A model generated the notes under the pieces. The model did not search any database and had not been told where the DNA came from. It worked only from the letters and a program-made list of their open reading frames with translations. From a virus (lineage: Duplodnaviria; Caudoviricetes): a DNA stretch of 40,658 nt. Of the stretch, positions 27,078-35,814 are shown piece by piece (positions within the stretch are counted from its first letter, which is position 1; each line of letters starts with the position of its first letter). The translations under genes were made by a program, and so were the position numbers. The stretch covers positions 1 through 40,658 of the IMG/VR virus record IMGVR_UViG_3300030372_004077. One strand, written 5' to 3'.

Positions 27078-27840
27078 TTACAGCAGGTTCTATAAGGACG
27101 CGGGCTGTAGTTATCTGGTGACAACCAACAATGCCAAGACTCTCAAGGGTGAGGGATACCTGACAAGCATCATCCACCTGTCCCCGCATAAACTGGCAGG
27201 GGTTGTGGTCGATGGCAAGCGCGTCTCAGTGTGTGAACGTGCGACCCCTGAGTGTATCGGGGCGTGTCTCAATGGCTCGGGCCATACCGAGATAAGGATG
27301 AACAAGCTTGGCCTTAACTCTGACCCGGCAAGGGACGCCAGGACTAGGCTGCTATTCAGTGACCCGGACAAGTTCAAGGAGTTAGTGGTCAAAGAGCTGG
27401 ACGCTAATGTTCGGAGGGCTGAGCGTGAGGGACTCATCCATGTGATACGTCCCAACGGGACCAGCGATATCCTATGGGAGAAAGTTTTCCCTGAATTGTT
27501 TGACCTATTCCCTCAAGTGTACGATTATACCAAGTATAACCCAGAAGAGAGGATTGTTCCGAGCAATTACGACTTGACCTACAGTTGCAATGGGGATGTC
27601 GAGCGCACCGAGGGACTGTTGGTCAATGGTCATAGGGTGGCCAAGGTGTTTGGTCTAGTCAAAGGGCAAGCCCTGCCGGACACATGGCGAGGGTTCAAGG
27701 TGCTCGACGGTGACTTGGATGACCTAACCTTCACCAAGCCAAAGGGTGTGGTGTTAGGCCTGCGTATTAAGGGTCAAAGAAACAAAGCAAAGCTCAAGGT
27801 GGGCAAGCTTAAACTAGGTAAGTTTATCGCAGCAGCATAG
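27046..27840 (+). CDS. GP88-like protein (radical-SAM-like, Cys triad; 264 aa)
   Basis: GAGGAGG RBS; HLSP...CERATPECIGAC (C-x6-C-x3-C), IRPNGTSDILWE, YDYTK and LDGDLDDL motifs of the phage GP88-type family. Confidence 0.7.
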   Translation: MHQVRRKTISNYSRFYKDAGCSYLVTTNNAKTLKGEGYLTSIIHLSPHKLAGVVVDGKRVSVCERATPECIGACLNGSGHTEIRMNKLGLNSDPARDARTRLLFSDPDKFKELVVKELDANVRRAEREGLIHVIRPNGTSDILWEKVFPELFDLFPQVYDYTKYNPEERIVPSNYDLTYSCNGDVERTEGLLVNGHRVAKVFGLVKGQALPDTWRGFKVLDGDLDDLTFTKPKGVVLGLRIKGQRNKAKLKVGKLKLGKFIAAA

Positions 27841-27848
27841 GAGGCAAT

Positions 27849-28100
27849 GTGAAGGGACTTAAAAAGTACAGTGTGCTGATGACAGTGCACAAGGATATTG
27901 AGTTAACCATATGGGCGAAGGATGAGGACGCAGCAAACAGCATAGCGCTGGAGCTATCCCAAGACCAGTATGAGAGTAGCTACATAACAACAACCGATGA
28001 GGGGGAAATTGAGGTGCAGATGTCTCAATCAGTAGACCAACTGATGGGGCCAACTTACACAACAGGCAGTGAGATTCATCAAACAGTGGAGGTGAAGTGA
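27849..28100 (+). CDS. Small acidic protein, DpnD/PcfM-like pattern (83 aa)
   Basis: AGGAGG RBS; KKYSVLM...TIWAKDEDAANSIA. Confidence 0.6.
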   Translation: MKGLKKYSVLMTVHKDIELTIWAKDEDAANSIALELSQDQYESSYITTTDEGEIEVQMSQSVDQLMGPTYTTGSEIHQTVEVK

Positions 28101-28381
28101 TGAGAGGTGAAGACGTAGGTATTTTTTCTGATGACATGCAAAGCTTGGTCGATGACCTTAACCGAATCTATGACATGGCAGGGGATGAGCCCCTTGATGA
28201 GTCGCATCTTAAGATGCTCATGCATACGATAAACATGATGGACCTGACAATCCAGGGCAACATTCAGCAGGTGTCTGAGTCTTTGGCTCGGATTCCTGAC
28301 CCGATAGGTCAAGCTGAGAGGGCGTTTGACATACGTAAAGAGGAGGCAATGTTCGAGAAGATGCAACAGAACTCAAACTAG
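28097..28381 (+). CDS. Hypothetical helical protein (~94 aa)
   Basis: GGAGGTG RBS; overlap with upstream stop. Confidence 0.7.
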   Translation: MMRGEDVGIFSDDMQSLVDDLNRIYDMAGDEPLDESHLKMLMHTINMMDLTIQGNIQQVSESLARIPDPIGQAERAFDIRKEEAMFEKMQQNSN

Positions 28382-28391
28382 AGGAGGTAAG

Positions 28392-28580
28392 ATGGGTGGA
28401 AGGCTAACAGGGTCCAAGGTTTTGGTGCACACCATTGGACCAAATGGAGTGTACGCAAAGGTGTTAAGCACTTATTACAACAAGGTGAAGGTTAAGTATT
28501 ACGACGCTGCTGATGGTGGAGACATTGTCAGATGGGTTCACGTTGGAGAGATAACCAACGAAGGAGGCACTAATGGGTAA
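28392..28580 (+). CDS. Small SH3-like beta protein (62 aa from ATG 28392)
   Basis: GAGGAGGT RBS; GSKVLV...AKVL...KVKVKY...RWVHVGEI pattern. Confidence 0.65.
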   Translation: MGGRLTGSKVLVHTIGPNGVYAKVLSTYYNKVKVKYYDAADGGDIVRWVHVGEITNEGGTNG

Positions 28581-28794
28581 GGTTAAAAGAGGGGCGGCAA
28601 CGGCAGACCTCACGCATTTAGTTGAGCTAGTGCTCATGCAACTAACAACAATGTACGAGGTTCTAGAAAGGAACGAAGGCAACCCGTTCCTTAACCCCAT
28701 AAACAAACAGCAAGCTATCGACTCGATGGAGGCTGTTGGTAACTTGTGTCACATGACAGCACAAGAGTTTAGAGGTTCTGATGAATGGACGTGA
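28573..28794 (+). CDS. Hypothetical protein (73 aa)
   Basis: AAGGAGG RBS. Confidence 0.7.
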   Translation: MGKVKRGAATADLTHLVELVLMQLTTMYEVLERNEGNPFLNPINKQQAIDSMEAVGNLCHMTAQEFRGSDEWT

Positions 28795-28856
28795 TCCTAA
28801 GTTGCATTTTATGGTGGGTGGTTTTCTTTTTATACCTTTGGTTTATCCAAGAATGA
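28785..28856 (+). CDS. 23-aa single-TM peptide MDVILSCILWWVVFFLYLWFIQE (not in ORF track)
   Basis: GAGGT 8 nt upstream; fills the gap between neighbours; almost wholly hydrophobic. Confidence 0.55.
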   Translation: MDVILSCILWWVVFFLYLWFIQE

Positions 28857-28865
28857 GGAGGAGTT

Positions 28866-29075
28866 ATGGATATTAAAGAGCAAGAAGTGACGGTGACAGA
28901 AGTAAAGCTCAACAAAGAGGAGTTGGTTGAACTCTTTGTTCAGAATATCGAGGCGCTGAAAGAATACGGTGCGCTCGATGATAAGTTCTCTTACAAGTTT
29001 ACGCTTGTGACAGATGAGAGCGGGGGTGACATTGCCCACATTACATTAACAAAAGTAAGGGAGAGAAGTCTTTAA
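28866..29075 (+). CDS. Hypothetical protein (69 aa)
   Basis: GAGGAGGAG RBS. Confidence 0.75.
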   Translation: MDIKEQEVTVTEVKLNKEELVELFVQNIEALKEYGALDDKFSYKFTLVTDESGGDIAHITLTKVRERSL

Positions 29076-29539
29076 TGTATTTATTAACTGCAATCAAACT
29101 AAGCCCTGACACACGCAAGTGGTTAAACAGTTACGCAATTAAGTTATCAAGGGATACTTGGCTGCATAACTCAACATGCCCAGGAACGGAAGCTGCTGTT
29201 ATCGATAGAAAGATAGCAAGGCAGATGCAAAGGTGCATACTTCTCTACGCCATACCTTGGATTGACAGGGTACATAGCATGGTGATGGAGGACAGATTCA
29301 ACAGGAAAGACCTCCATCTTATCAAGAACAAGCTGGAGCTTTTGCATGAAGCAGTCGAGTGTGGAGATATCATGCTGCAGATTGCTTCATACATGGATAT
29401 ATTTTCTGATATAGTTGAAGAGCATTCAGAAAATATTACACAACAAGAGCCAAATGAAAACGCCAAGTTACTTGGCATTGAGGAAGATAGTGTACAAAAC
29501 TTTCTTTTATCTCTTGTAAAAAAAGAAACGATGCACTAA
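29075..29539 (+). CDS. Hypothetical protein (154 aa)
   Basis: TAATG overlap; GGGAG RBS. Confidence 0.75.
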   Translation: MYLLTAIKLSPDTRKWLNSYAIKLSRDTWLHNSTCPGTEAAVIDRKIARQMQRCILLYAIPWIDRVHSMVMEDRFNRKDLHLIKNKLELLHEAVECGDIMLQIASYMDIFSDIVEEHSENITQQEPNENAKLLGIEEDSVQNFLLSLVKKETMH

Positions 29540-29565
29540 GTTCTCCATAGCTCAACGGAGCATAC

Positions 29566-29964
29566 ATGAACAATAAAAAACCTAGCACATACAGGGAGCT
29601 AAGTGACCCTAGCTCTCCACCTTCCTCTAGTATTGAGGCAGCAGAGAGAATCATGGCGTCACTTGAGTCCCAGAAAGGAGGCATGTTGTCTGACCAGAAG
29701 TTCCTTGAAAACATCTTGAGGCACGTTGTTGACAGCCCGGATGAATTCAACAGGGAGATACAGGGGGAGCCGTCCGCATCAACCAGGAAGGTTGAGAGGC
29801 ACTCTCTTGCTGGTCGAACCAACAAGACAAAGGTTGTGCTTTGGTTAAGCGATGTTGAGTTAGAGCAGCTTCAGTCGTTAGTTAAACACCGTGGTGATAG
29901 GAGTCCTTCGGACCTTATTAACCATTTAATTTGTTTAGCCCTTGGGGCATTGAGGTCGATATGA
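29566..29964 (+). CDS. Protein with C-terminal ribbon-helix-helix DNA-binding domain (132 aa)
   Basis: KTKVVLWLSDVELEQLQSLVKHRGDRSPSDLINHLI matches the RHH strand-helix-G-S-helix pattern. Confidence 0.65.
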   Translation: MNNKKPSTYRELSDPSSPPSSSIEAAERIMASLESQKGGMLSDQKFLENILRHVVDSPDEFNREIQGEPSASTRKVERHSLAGRTNKTKVVLWLSDVELEQLQSLVKHRGDRSPSDLINHLICLALGALRSI

Positions 29965-30830
29965 ACGATGGAGCAAGGCTTGCCAGCATAGTGCTGGAGA
30001 TGACCAACCAGGATGCTGTTCAGAAAGGTGATGGTGATTACTACCCTAGGACATCTGCTGTCTCGAGGTGTGTTCGTGACATGACTATGCACAGGTACGG
30101 TGAGCCATGGAGTGATATGCCTGAGGCGTCATGGGGTACACAGTTTAGGTTCGACGTTGGTCATGACACCGAAGAGAGAATGATAACTGCTATGGAGGAT
30201 GCAGGCATTGGTGTCGTCTGCCAGCAGATGAGAGTCAAGGCAACTACGCCCGGTGGCATTGAGGTTATCGGACACATGGATGGTATCGCCTTAGTGCCTC
30301 ATGAGTACCCGCTTGGAGGCAAGTGGTACGTGCTGGATATCAAGTCAGCAGGAAAGTACATGTACGGGAGGGTATATGACGAGAGCGTTAGCAAGCCAAA
30401 GCGTGAGCACATTAAACAGATTGCAGTCTATTCCCAGAGTAAGGTTATTGACTTCAACTTCCCAGCTATTGAAGGGGTCAAGGTCCAAGACCTACACTTT
30501 GAGGGGTATGAGTTCGGAGGTGGTTTGGTTGGGTATCTCTCCATCGAGAGACCAACTAAGGGATACGGAAAGAATAAGGTTGATCTCCCAAAGATTCACT
30601 TCTGTGACTTTGAGATTGACCCGATTGAAGTGGAGGTGTGGCTCGAAGACACATACGACTGCGTCGAAGAGCACTACCAAAACAAAACTGTGCCAGGGAT
30701 TCCTGACGAAGACGATGACATGGTGTGGGGAGGCATACGGTGTTCACCAAGATGGTGCCGAAGGTACAGCATTTGTAAGGGGCATGTTCCCCCAAGTAAC
30801 AAAGAACTAGAGGAGGTTCTACATGGATAA
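29961..30830 (+). CDS. PD-(D/E)XK (Cas4/RecB-like) exonuclease (probable start ATG 29961)
   Basis: SRCVR, G.H, GHMDG, VLDIKS, HIKQIAVY and C-terminal CSPRWCRRYSIC motifs. Confidence 0.85.
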   Translation: MNDGARLASIVLEMTNQDAVQKGDGDYYPRTSAVSRCVRDMTMHRYGEPWSDMPEASWGTQFRFDVGHDTEERMITAMEDAGIGVVCQQMRVKATTPGGIEVIGHMDGIALVPHEYPLGGKWYVLDIKSAGKYMYGRVYDESVSKPKREHIKQIAVYSQSKVIDFNFPAIEGVKVQDLHFEGYEFGGGLVGYLSIERPTKGYGKNKVDLPKIHFCDFEIDPIEVEVWLEDTYDCVEEHYQNKTVPGIPDEDDDMVWGGIRCSPRWCRRYSICKGHVPPSNKELEEVLHG

Positions 30831-31911
30831 CAATACTTTATTTAGAGAGCTTGCCAAGCATTACAAGTTCACAGAGAAAGACTGGTGGCAGCATCGCCAG
30901 TCAGGCAGTTGGATTCTTGCACACAGCGCTGTACTCAAGATGTCCTGTGTGCCTACACCAGAAGGCAACACCATTCTCTTGCCCAGCATGACCGAGTACA
31001 ACTGGATTAAGAAGGGCGAGGAGGGCGTGTTTGGTCGCGAGGTTCTGGTCGGCGGTACGTTCAAGTTGCTTGACCCCAAAGGCAAAACCATTCGTAGTGT
31101 TGTCGCTTGGGGTGAGGCTAACCCACTGAATGTAAACAAGAATGTGTCATACCCTAACATCATGGCAGTCAAGCGAATGATTGACCGTGGCGTCTTGGGT
31201 GTGTTGGCATTCAACCAACTTAACATTTACTCCGCTGTTGAGGCAGAGACATTCTCTGACCCAAAGCAGAAGGTGGAAAAAAAGCCAGAGCCTAAGCCAG
31301 ATAACGTCCTCAAGGTGGGTGAGACTATAACTCGCCCAACTAGGACAATGCCTCAACCTCAGCCACCAAAACCAAAGGCTCCACCAATACAGGCTGAAAA
31401 AAAAACTCTTGAGGTAAATGATTCAGGAGAAGAGGTAATGATTCGGTCTCACAAAAAGATGGTTTTAGATGCGTTATCTGCCGGAAGTGAGCATGTGTTC
31501 CCGTCTGGCGTGACAAGGGGTAAAGCTGAAAAGGTTTCAAGGAATGGCCTATCCGAGTGCACTGGCCTTGACAACAGCGCCGTTGACAGGGCCTTAAAGG
31601 AACTGATGAGCGAGGGACTTGTTGTTAGGGAGGGTATCAGACGAGGCACAAAGTATGGCCTTGCTGTCTCCCCTTCTGGCTCAAGCCTGACCCATGAGTT
31701 GTTCAATGACCTATGGCGTGATGCTGTTGGTCGAATGACAAACATGGGCGTTAGTTACCAGCAGATAGGCCAGTACACCAGGGAGGTCACAGGCCATGAC
31801 ACAGCAGTGTCTGCCTACAACGCAGGAAATTTGTCCATAGATAAGATTGAAAAGATCTTTCTTTTAGGACAGAATTGGGCGGCATCCAAAGCGGATAGCG
31901 TCCAAGTTTAG
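30823..31911 (+). CDS. Putative single-strand annealing protein fused to a winged HTH (362 aa)
   Basis: Lies between exonuclease and ssb; AWGEA...YPNIMAVKRMIDR...IYSAVEAE N-domain; Pro/Lys linker; wHTH SRNGLSECTGLDNSAVDRALKELMSEGLVVREG..RGTKY. Confidence 0.5.
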   Translation: MDNNTLFRELAKHYKFTEKDWWQHRQSGSWILAHSAVLKMSCVPTPEGNTILLPSMTEYNWIKKGEEGVFGREVLVGGTFKLLDPKGKTIRSVVAWGEANPLNVNKNVSYPNIMAVKRMIDRGVLGVLAFNQLNIYSAVEAETFSDPKQKVEKKPEPKPDNVLKVGETITRPTRTMPQPQPPKPKAPPIQAEKKTLEVNDSGEEVMIRSHKKMVLDALSAGSEHVFPSGVTRGKAEKVSRNGLSECTGLDNSAVDRALKELMSEGLVVREGIRRGTKYGLAVSPSGSSLTHELFNDLWRDAVGRMTNMGVSYQQIGQYTREVTGHDTAVSAYNAGNLSIDKIEKIFLLGQNWAASKADSVQV

Positions 31912-31921
31912 CGTCTTTGAT

Positions 31922-32128
31922 GGGGTGAGTAGGGTTGCTCTTACTCTCTCTAGGGGCATAGGTTGGTGGACGCATCAACTGACCGGGAGCATGGCCTGGG
32001 CCATGTGGCAACCACTGGAAAGTGGGGAGAAGAGTTAACCCTGATTCTTCTCTGCCGTCCCCACCCGGAAGGCGCGGGTGACACCTACCTTAAGTGGTGT
32101 GACTGTCGGGAGAGTTCGGCGTTTTTTT
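31922..32128 (+). ncRNA. Candidate structured RNA: eight consecutive hairpins ending in T7
   Basis: Hairpins at 31922-31950, 31961-31980, 31990-32005, 32012-32025, 32026-32053, 32062-32080, 32081-32100 and 32105-32120, many with G-U pairs valid only on the + strand. Confidence 0.6.
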
Positions 32129-32144
32129 ACAATAAGGAGGAGCT

Positions 32145-32336
32145 ATGTCGCTCGATATTGCCTTAAAGGCAAAAGATCTCGTTGAGAAAGTCAATGAGTG
32201 GAACGAACAGGTGGTCGCTGGTGTTGGTGGAAACGTCAGCGCAAACAAGCGCGCTCGCAGCATGAGCGTTGACATCAGGAAAGAATTTAAAAGCTTAAGA
32301 CTTGAACTGCTTGAACTGGAGAAGAAAAAGAAATGA
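32145..32336 (+). CDS. Histone H1-like Hc1-family protein (63 aa)
   Basis: GNVSANKRARSMSVDIRKEFKSLR resembles the GNKAAxxRAR..S..I.K..K..R core of Hc1; TAAGGAGG RBS. Confidence 0.65.
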   Translation: MSLDIALKAKDLVEKVNEWNEQVVAGVGGNVSANKRARSMSVDIRKEFKSLRLELLELEKKKK

Positions 32337-32935
32337 GAGATATAAACGAGGTAAAGATACTTGGCACAGTAAGCCAAGCTGTCAGGGTTAATTCAACTCA
32401 AAGCGGCAGTGTTGCTAACGTGTCAGTGGTCACAATTAAAAAGCGTGGAGAGTACGACATCAAGAAGTTTCACTCTGTAACCTGCTGGAATGACTTGGCA
32501 AACGAGGCATCTAACCTGAGAGAAGGGGACAGGGTTTTTGTTAGTGGGTCTTTGGACACAGACAAGTATGAGAAAAACGGACAGACTGTTTACAAAGATA
32601 AGATAACGGCATCGGCACTTATCAAAGCAGCTTCTGGCTCTAGCGCTAGCCAAGGTGCTCCATCAAACGGAGGCCCCCCAGGTTCTTTTAGTCGTGGGGG
32701 AGGAATGAAGAGCACCTTCCCCTATGCCGACAAGGCACACAAAGTCTCTTGGCCAAAGCCAGATGAGTCTGGGTTTAGCTACGCTGATGATGGGATTGCA
32801 AACCTGTGTGTTGCTTGGACGAATCCTTCTGACCCAAGTCAGGGCGGGACTGTGTACCAGTTTGCTGACAACGATTGGCAGGAGCACGGAAAGGTGGACC
32901 AGGTTCTTATCAATGATGATGACATCCCATTTTAA
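32333..32935 (+). CDS. ssb: Single-stranded DNA-binding protein (200 aa)
   Basis: INEVKILG, FHSVTCW, GDRVFVSGSL OB-fold motifs; C-terminal DDDIPF. Confidence 0.93.
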   Translation: MRDINEVKILGTVSQAVRVNSTQSGSVANVSVVTIKKRGEYDIKKFHSVTCWNDLANEASNLREGDRVFVSGSLDTDKYEKNGQTVYKDKITASALIKAASGSSASQGAPSNGGPPGSFSRGGGMKSTFPYADKAHKVSWPKPDESGFSYADDGIANLCVAWTNPSDPSQGGTVYQFADNDWQEHGKVDQVLINDDDIPF

Positions 32936-32943
32936 GGTGAACT

Positions 32944-33558
32944 ATGAACATTACCCTAGACTCAGAGACAATAAGAAAACATCCTGCTTTCGCCTCGCCT
33001 CTAAGGCTGGGTGTGTTAGCTCACTTGGCTGCCTTTGCTAGCGGGGAGACGACAACATGCGACGGTGTGCCACTGCCTCCATACTGTGTTGTTGTTTCTC
33101 CTGCTGCCCTGGCGGCAACCCTTTCATGCTCAAGGGGTCAGATTGAAAACGCAATATCCTCTTTGTTTAAACACGAGATGGTCTCGGTGGATAAGACAGT
33201 GGGTAAGCGAGGATACTGGCTGATTGACATGAGAAACTCTAAAGAGTTTTTCTCTGACGGAAAGACTTTATCTCCACCAACAGAAGTCAACATTCGTTCT
33301 TTGATGGACAAATGGGACAGGCTGTACGAAAAAAGAACGGGTGTAAAGTACATGCGTTCAAGGTCTGACTACTGGAAAGAGCAGGCAGACTGGAACAACC
33401 TTTTTCAGAACCTGGGCGGTGACGTCATGGTTGCTATGGAGAAGTACTTTGATGACATACGCTTCGGACAATGGGGCTATGCATTCAAGGTGTTCTTTAA
33501 AGCAGCACCTAGACTAACTGCTCAGCCCAACAAAGCGGAGCCTTGGCAACTCAGATGA
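32944..33558 (+). CDS. Putative replication initiator / HTH protein (204 aa)
   Basis: HTH-like SPAALAATLSCSRGQIENAISSL; directly upstream of the helicase. Confidence 0.55.
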   Translation: MNITLDSETIRKHPAFASPLRLGVLAHLAAFASGETTTCDGVPLPPYCVVVSPAALAATLSCSRGQIENAISSLFKHEMVSVDKTVGKRGYWLIDMRNSKEFFSDGKTLSPPTEVNIRSLMDKWDRLYEKRTGVKYMRSRSDYWKEQADWNNLFQNLGGDVMVAMEKYFDDIRFGQWGYAFKVFFKAAPRLTAQPNKAEPWQLR

Positions 33559-34898
33559 CACAGACACTTGGAGGAGAAGTTACATGGAAACCAGAGTTTT
33601 ACTTTCTTGCATCCCTGGTTGGAGCGCCACGATACCTATCAACAGTAGACAGTCCCCATAGTTTATTCTCAAACAATGACCTGCTGTCCGTGTTCAGGAT
33701 GATGGAGCAAGCCATTAACCTGAGGGGGCATGCAGACCCTTTGATTGATAACGTGAACAAGGGTGAACTTGAGTTAACCGCTGAGTATCAGAGAAGCAAG
33801 GTGGACTTGAATAGGTTGTGGCCTGACCTGTCAGACCCAACGATAAAAGGATCTCCCGATAAGTTCCACGGGCTGCTCGAGCACTACGCTGCCCTGAGGT
33901 TTATACAGAAGACGTTTGCCTCCAGGATAACAGACATGAGCAACGGCATGTATGGCCCTGAGGAGGCAGTGTCTCACATACAGAAAGACGTTGTGTCCGT
34001 TCACATGTCAGAGCAGTACGAGTCCAGAACTATGCAGTCAATGATTCAAGACATGTGGTTCGATAGACTTAAGAACCCACCAGCCACAATAAAGACAGGC
34101 TTTAAAAAGATGGACAGCGTCATTGGGGCTTTGATACCCGGATGCACCTACCTTTGGACAGCAAGGACAAGCCACGGTAAAAGCTCCTGGGTGTCTCAGA
34201 TTGTAGACAATCAAGCTGAAGCAGGGCATCGAGTGGGTATCATAAGCCTCGAGGACTCCAAGTCCGTATGGGCATCAAGGTGGATGTCGAAGGTGTCAGG
34301 CGTTACACTCGGGAAGATTAGAGACAACGTGCTCACTGCACCAGACGAAAACACACTGACGGAAGATGACCAAGCCGCTCTCGAGAAGTCCACATACAAA
34401 GAGCACTTAAAGAATGTTGTTCTTGTTGATGCTAAGGGGGCAAAGATAACTGACCTGCTTAGAATCATGAGCGATATGGTCGTTAGACAGGGGTGTCAAA
34501 TCGTCTATGTCGATTATCTTCAGGCGATATATGCTGACGCCAGGAACACGCGCTCCAGGAGAGACTGGCTTGAGTATTGCTGGGCAATGATGGAGAAGGA
34601 GGCTGACAGGCTAGAGGTTCCACTCATGTTAACAGCACAGCTAAACAGAGAGTGGGAAGGCAACCCTCTTCCTTCAATGCCTGGGTTAAGGAACACGGAG
34701 TGGATGGGTGCGGCTGAGCAGAAGTGCTATGTCGGCGCTGTTATCTACAGACCATTCCGAGACCCAAGACTTCCCCAGTCAGAGAGAGAGGATAGGTTTG
34801 ATGAGCTTTTAATTAACATTGAGAAGTGCAAGCAGGGAGAGAATATTGCCATTCAATATGCGTTCGACCCTTCTCGTTCAAAGATAACGGAGTTATGA
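33555..34898 (+). CDS. dnaB: DnaB-like replicative helicase (probable start ATG 33555)
   Basis: IKTGFKKMD, Walker A ARTSHGKS, ISLE, Walker B VYVDYLQ, AQLNRE, IEKCKQG. Confidence 0.92.
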   Translation: MTQTLGGEVTWKPEFYFLASLVGAPRYLSTVDSPHSLFSNNDLLSVFRMMEQAINLRGHADPLIDNVNKGELELTAEYQRSKVDLNRLWPDLSDPTIKGSPDKFHGLLEHYAALRFIQKTFASRITDMSNGMYGPEEAVSHIQKDVVSVHMSEQYESRTMQSMIQDMWFDRLKNPPATIKTGFKKMDSVIGALIPGCTYLWTARTSHGKSSWVSQIVDNQAEAGHRVGIISLEDSKSVWASRWMSKVSGVTLGKIRDNVLTAPDENTLTEDDQAALEKSTYKEHLKNVVLVDAKGAKITDLLRIMSDMVVRQGCQIVYVDYLQAIYADARNTRSRRDWLEYCWAMMEKEADRLEVPLMLTAQLNREWEGNPLPSMPGLRNTEWMGAAEQKCYVGAVIYRPFRDPRLPQSEREDRFDELLINIEKCKQGENIAIQYAFDPSRSKITEL

Positions 34899-35140
34899 GA
34901 TTTTTTGCTGACATATTATTTATTATCGCAACGGTTTTAATGGTGAGCAGTGTCGTTAGCAGACACAGAAGCGCAAGGCCATACAGAGAATTGTTAAAGA
35001 AAGAAAACAAAACACCCTTGGAGCAGAAGTGCGTAAAGGAGTTTGAAAGGTTCTTTAAGTTAAGCAAATGGAATAAGCTTTATCTGGCTGCTGTTGTTCC
35101 AAGTTATTTTCTGGTGGTAATGTTTTATGATTCATATTAA
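34895..35140 (+). CDS. Small two-TM membrane protein (81 aa from ATG 34895)
   Basis: GGAG RBS, ATGA overlap; hydrophobic N- and C-terminal segments. Confidence 0.65.
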   Translation: MRFFADILFIIATVLMVSSVVSRHRSARPYRELLKKENKTPLEQKCVKEFERFFKLSKWNKLYLAAVVPSYFLVVMFYDSY

Positions 35141-35627
35141 AGTCAAAGGTTCGTTCATGCCCTTAAAAAAAGATGGAGCTACGGAGAAGGATAAGAAGGT
35201 CTTTAAAAGAAGAGACCCGATAAACCTTCTTCGTAAAGCGCTCGCTAACAAATTAAGGAGCAAGCACTGGAGAGCAGCCCATGCCGCTAAAGCAAACTGG
35301 ATGGAGGCAGCGAAAGAAAACGCCGAGGTCAGCGGGGATGCGGTCGAAGGTGATGCAATCGTCATCGTGGTGCATGCACTGCCAGGTAAGTGTGATATCG
35401 ACGCTCCCATCAAGGTTCTGCTCGACGCATTTCAAGACGTACTGTTCAGAGGAGGGGATGACAAGTCTGTTGAATCTCTCGTCATCAGAAAACTTGAGCC
35501 CACCCGAAAAGGAATAGAGCCCCAAGTTCACCTGTTTGCACTGTCAAAGGATACAGAATATGAAGAAGCTATCAGAATGTCCTCAGAAGCCTTCGCAACG
35601 TCCGACCCATGCCTTGGCACAGGTTGA
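35127..35627 (+). CDS. RusA-like Holliday junction resolvase (166 aa)
   Basis: DIDAPIKVLLDAF...GDDKSV matches the RusA DxDNxxKxxxD...DD pattern, with N replaced by A. Confidence 0.75.
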   Translation: MIHIKVKGSFMPLKKDGATEKDKKVFKRRDPINLLRKALANKLRSKHWRAAHAAKANWMEAAKENAEVSGDAVEGDAIVIVVHALPGKCDIDAPIKVLLDAFQDVLFRGGDDKSVESLVIRKLEPTRKGIEPQVHLFALSKDTEYEEAIRMSSEAFATSDPCLGTG

Positions 35628-35814
35628 CACCCTCGAGGGCCTTGAGCAGTACCTAGCGTCCCTTAAAATGGGTGTAAGGGTATCGGTCAAAGAGCTGAGT
35701 TCGGTGAAGAGAAAAGATAGGAGTTCAGAATTAAAGCGCTCTATCCGGGAGGGGAGGGAGCTTATTAATAATATTAATAATATAATATATACATTGAGGA
35801 ATACTAATGAGTAA
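35614..35814 (+). CDS. Small hypothetical protein (start uncertain, TTG 35614)
   Basis: Open frame filling the gap between the resolvase and 35807. Confidence 0.5.
   Translation: MAQVDTLEGLEQYLASLKMGVRVSVKELSSVKRKDRSSELKRSIREGRELINNINNIIYTLRNTNE

Noticed and set aside
31970-32050. SAM riboswitch (GGCAACC) or self-cleaving ribozyme
   Set aside because: Lacks the AUCAAGAG and GGUGC elements of SAM-I family switches and the CUGANGA hammerhead core; Rfam search still advisable.
31963-32166. 67-aa + ORF across the structured region
   Set aside because: Non-ATG start, weak RBS, overlaps the Hc1-like gene; structure explains the region better.
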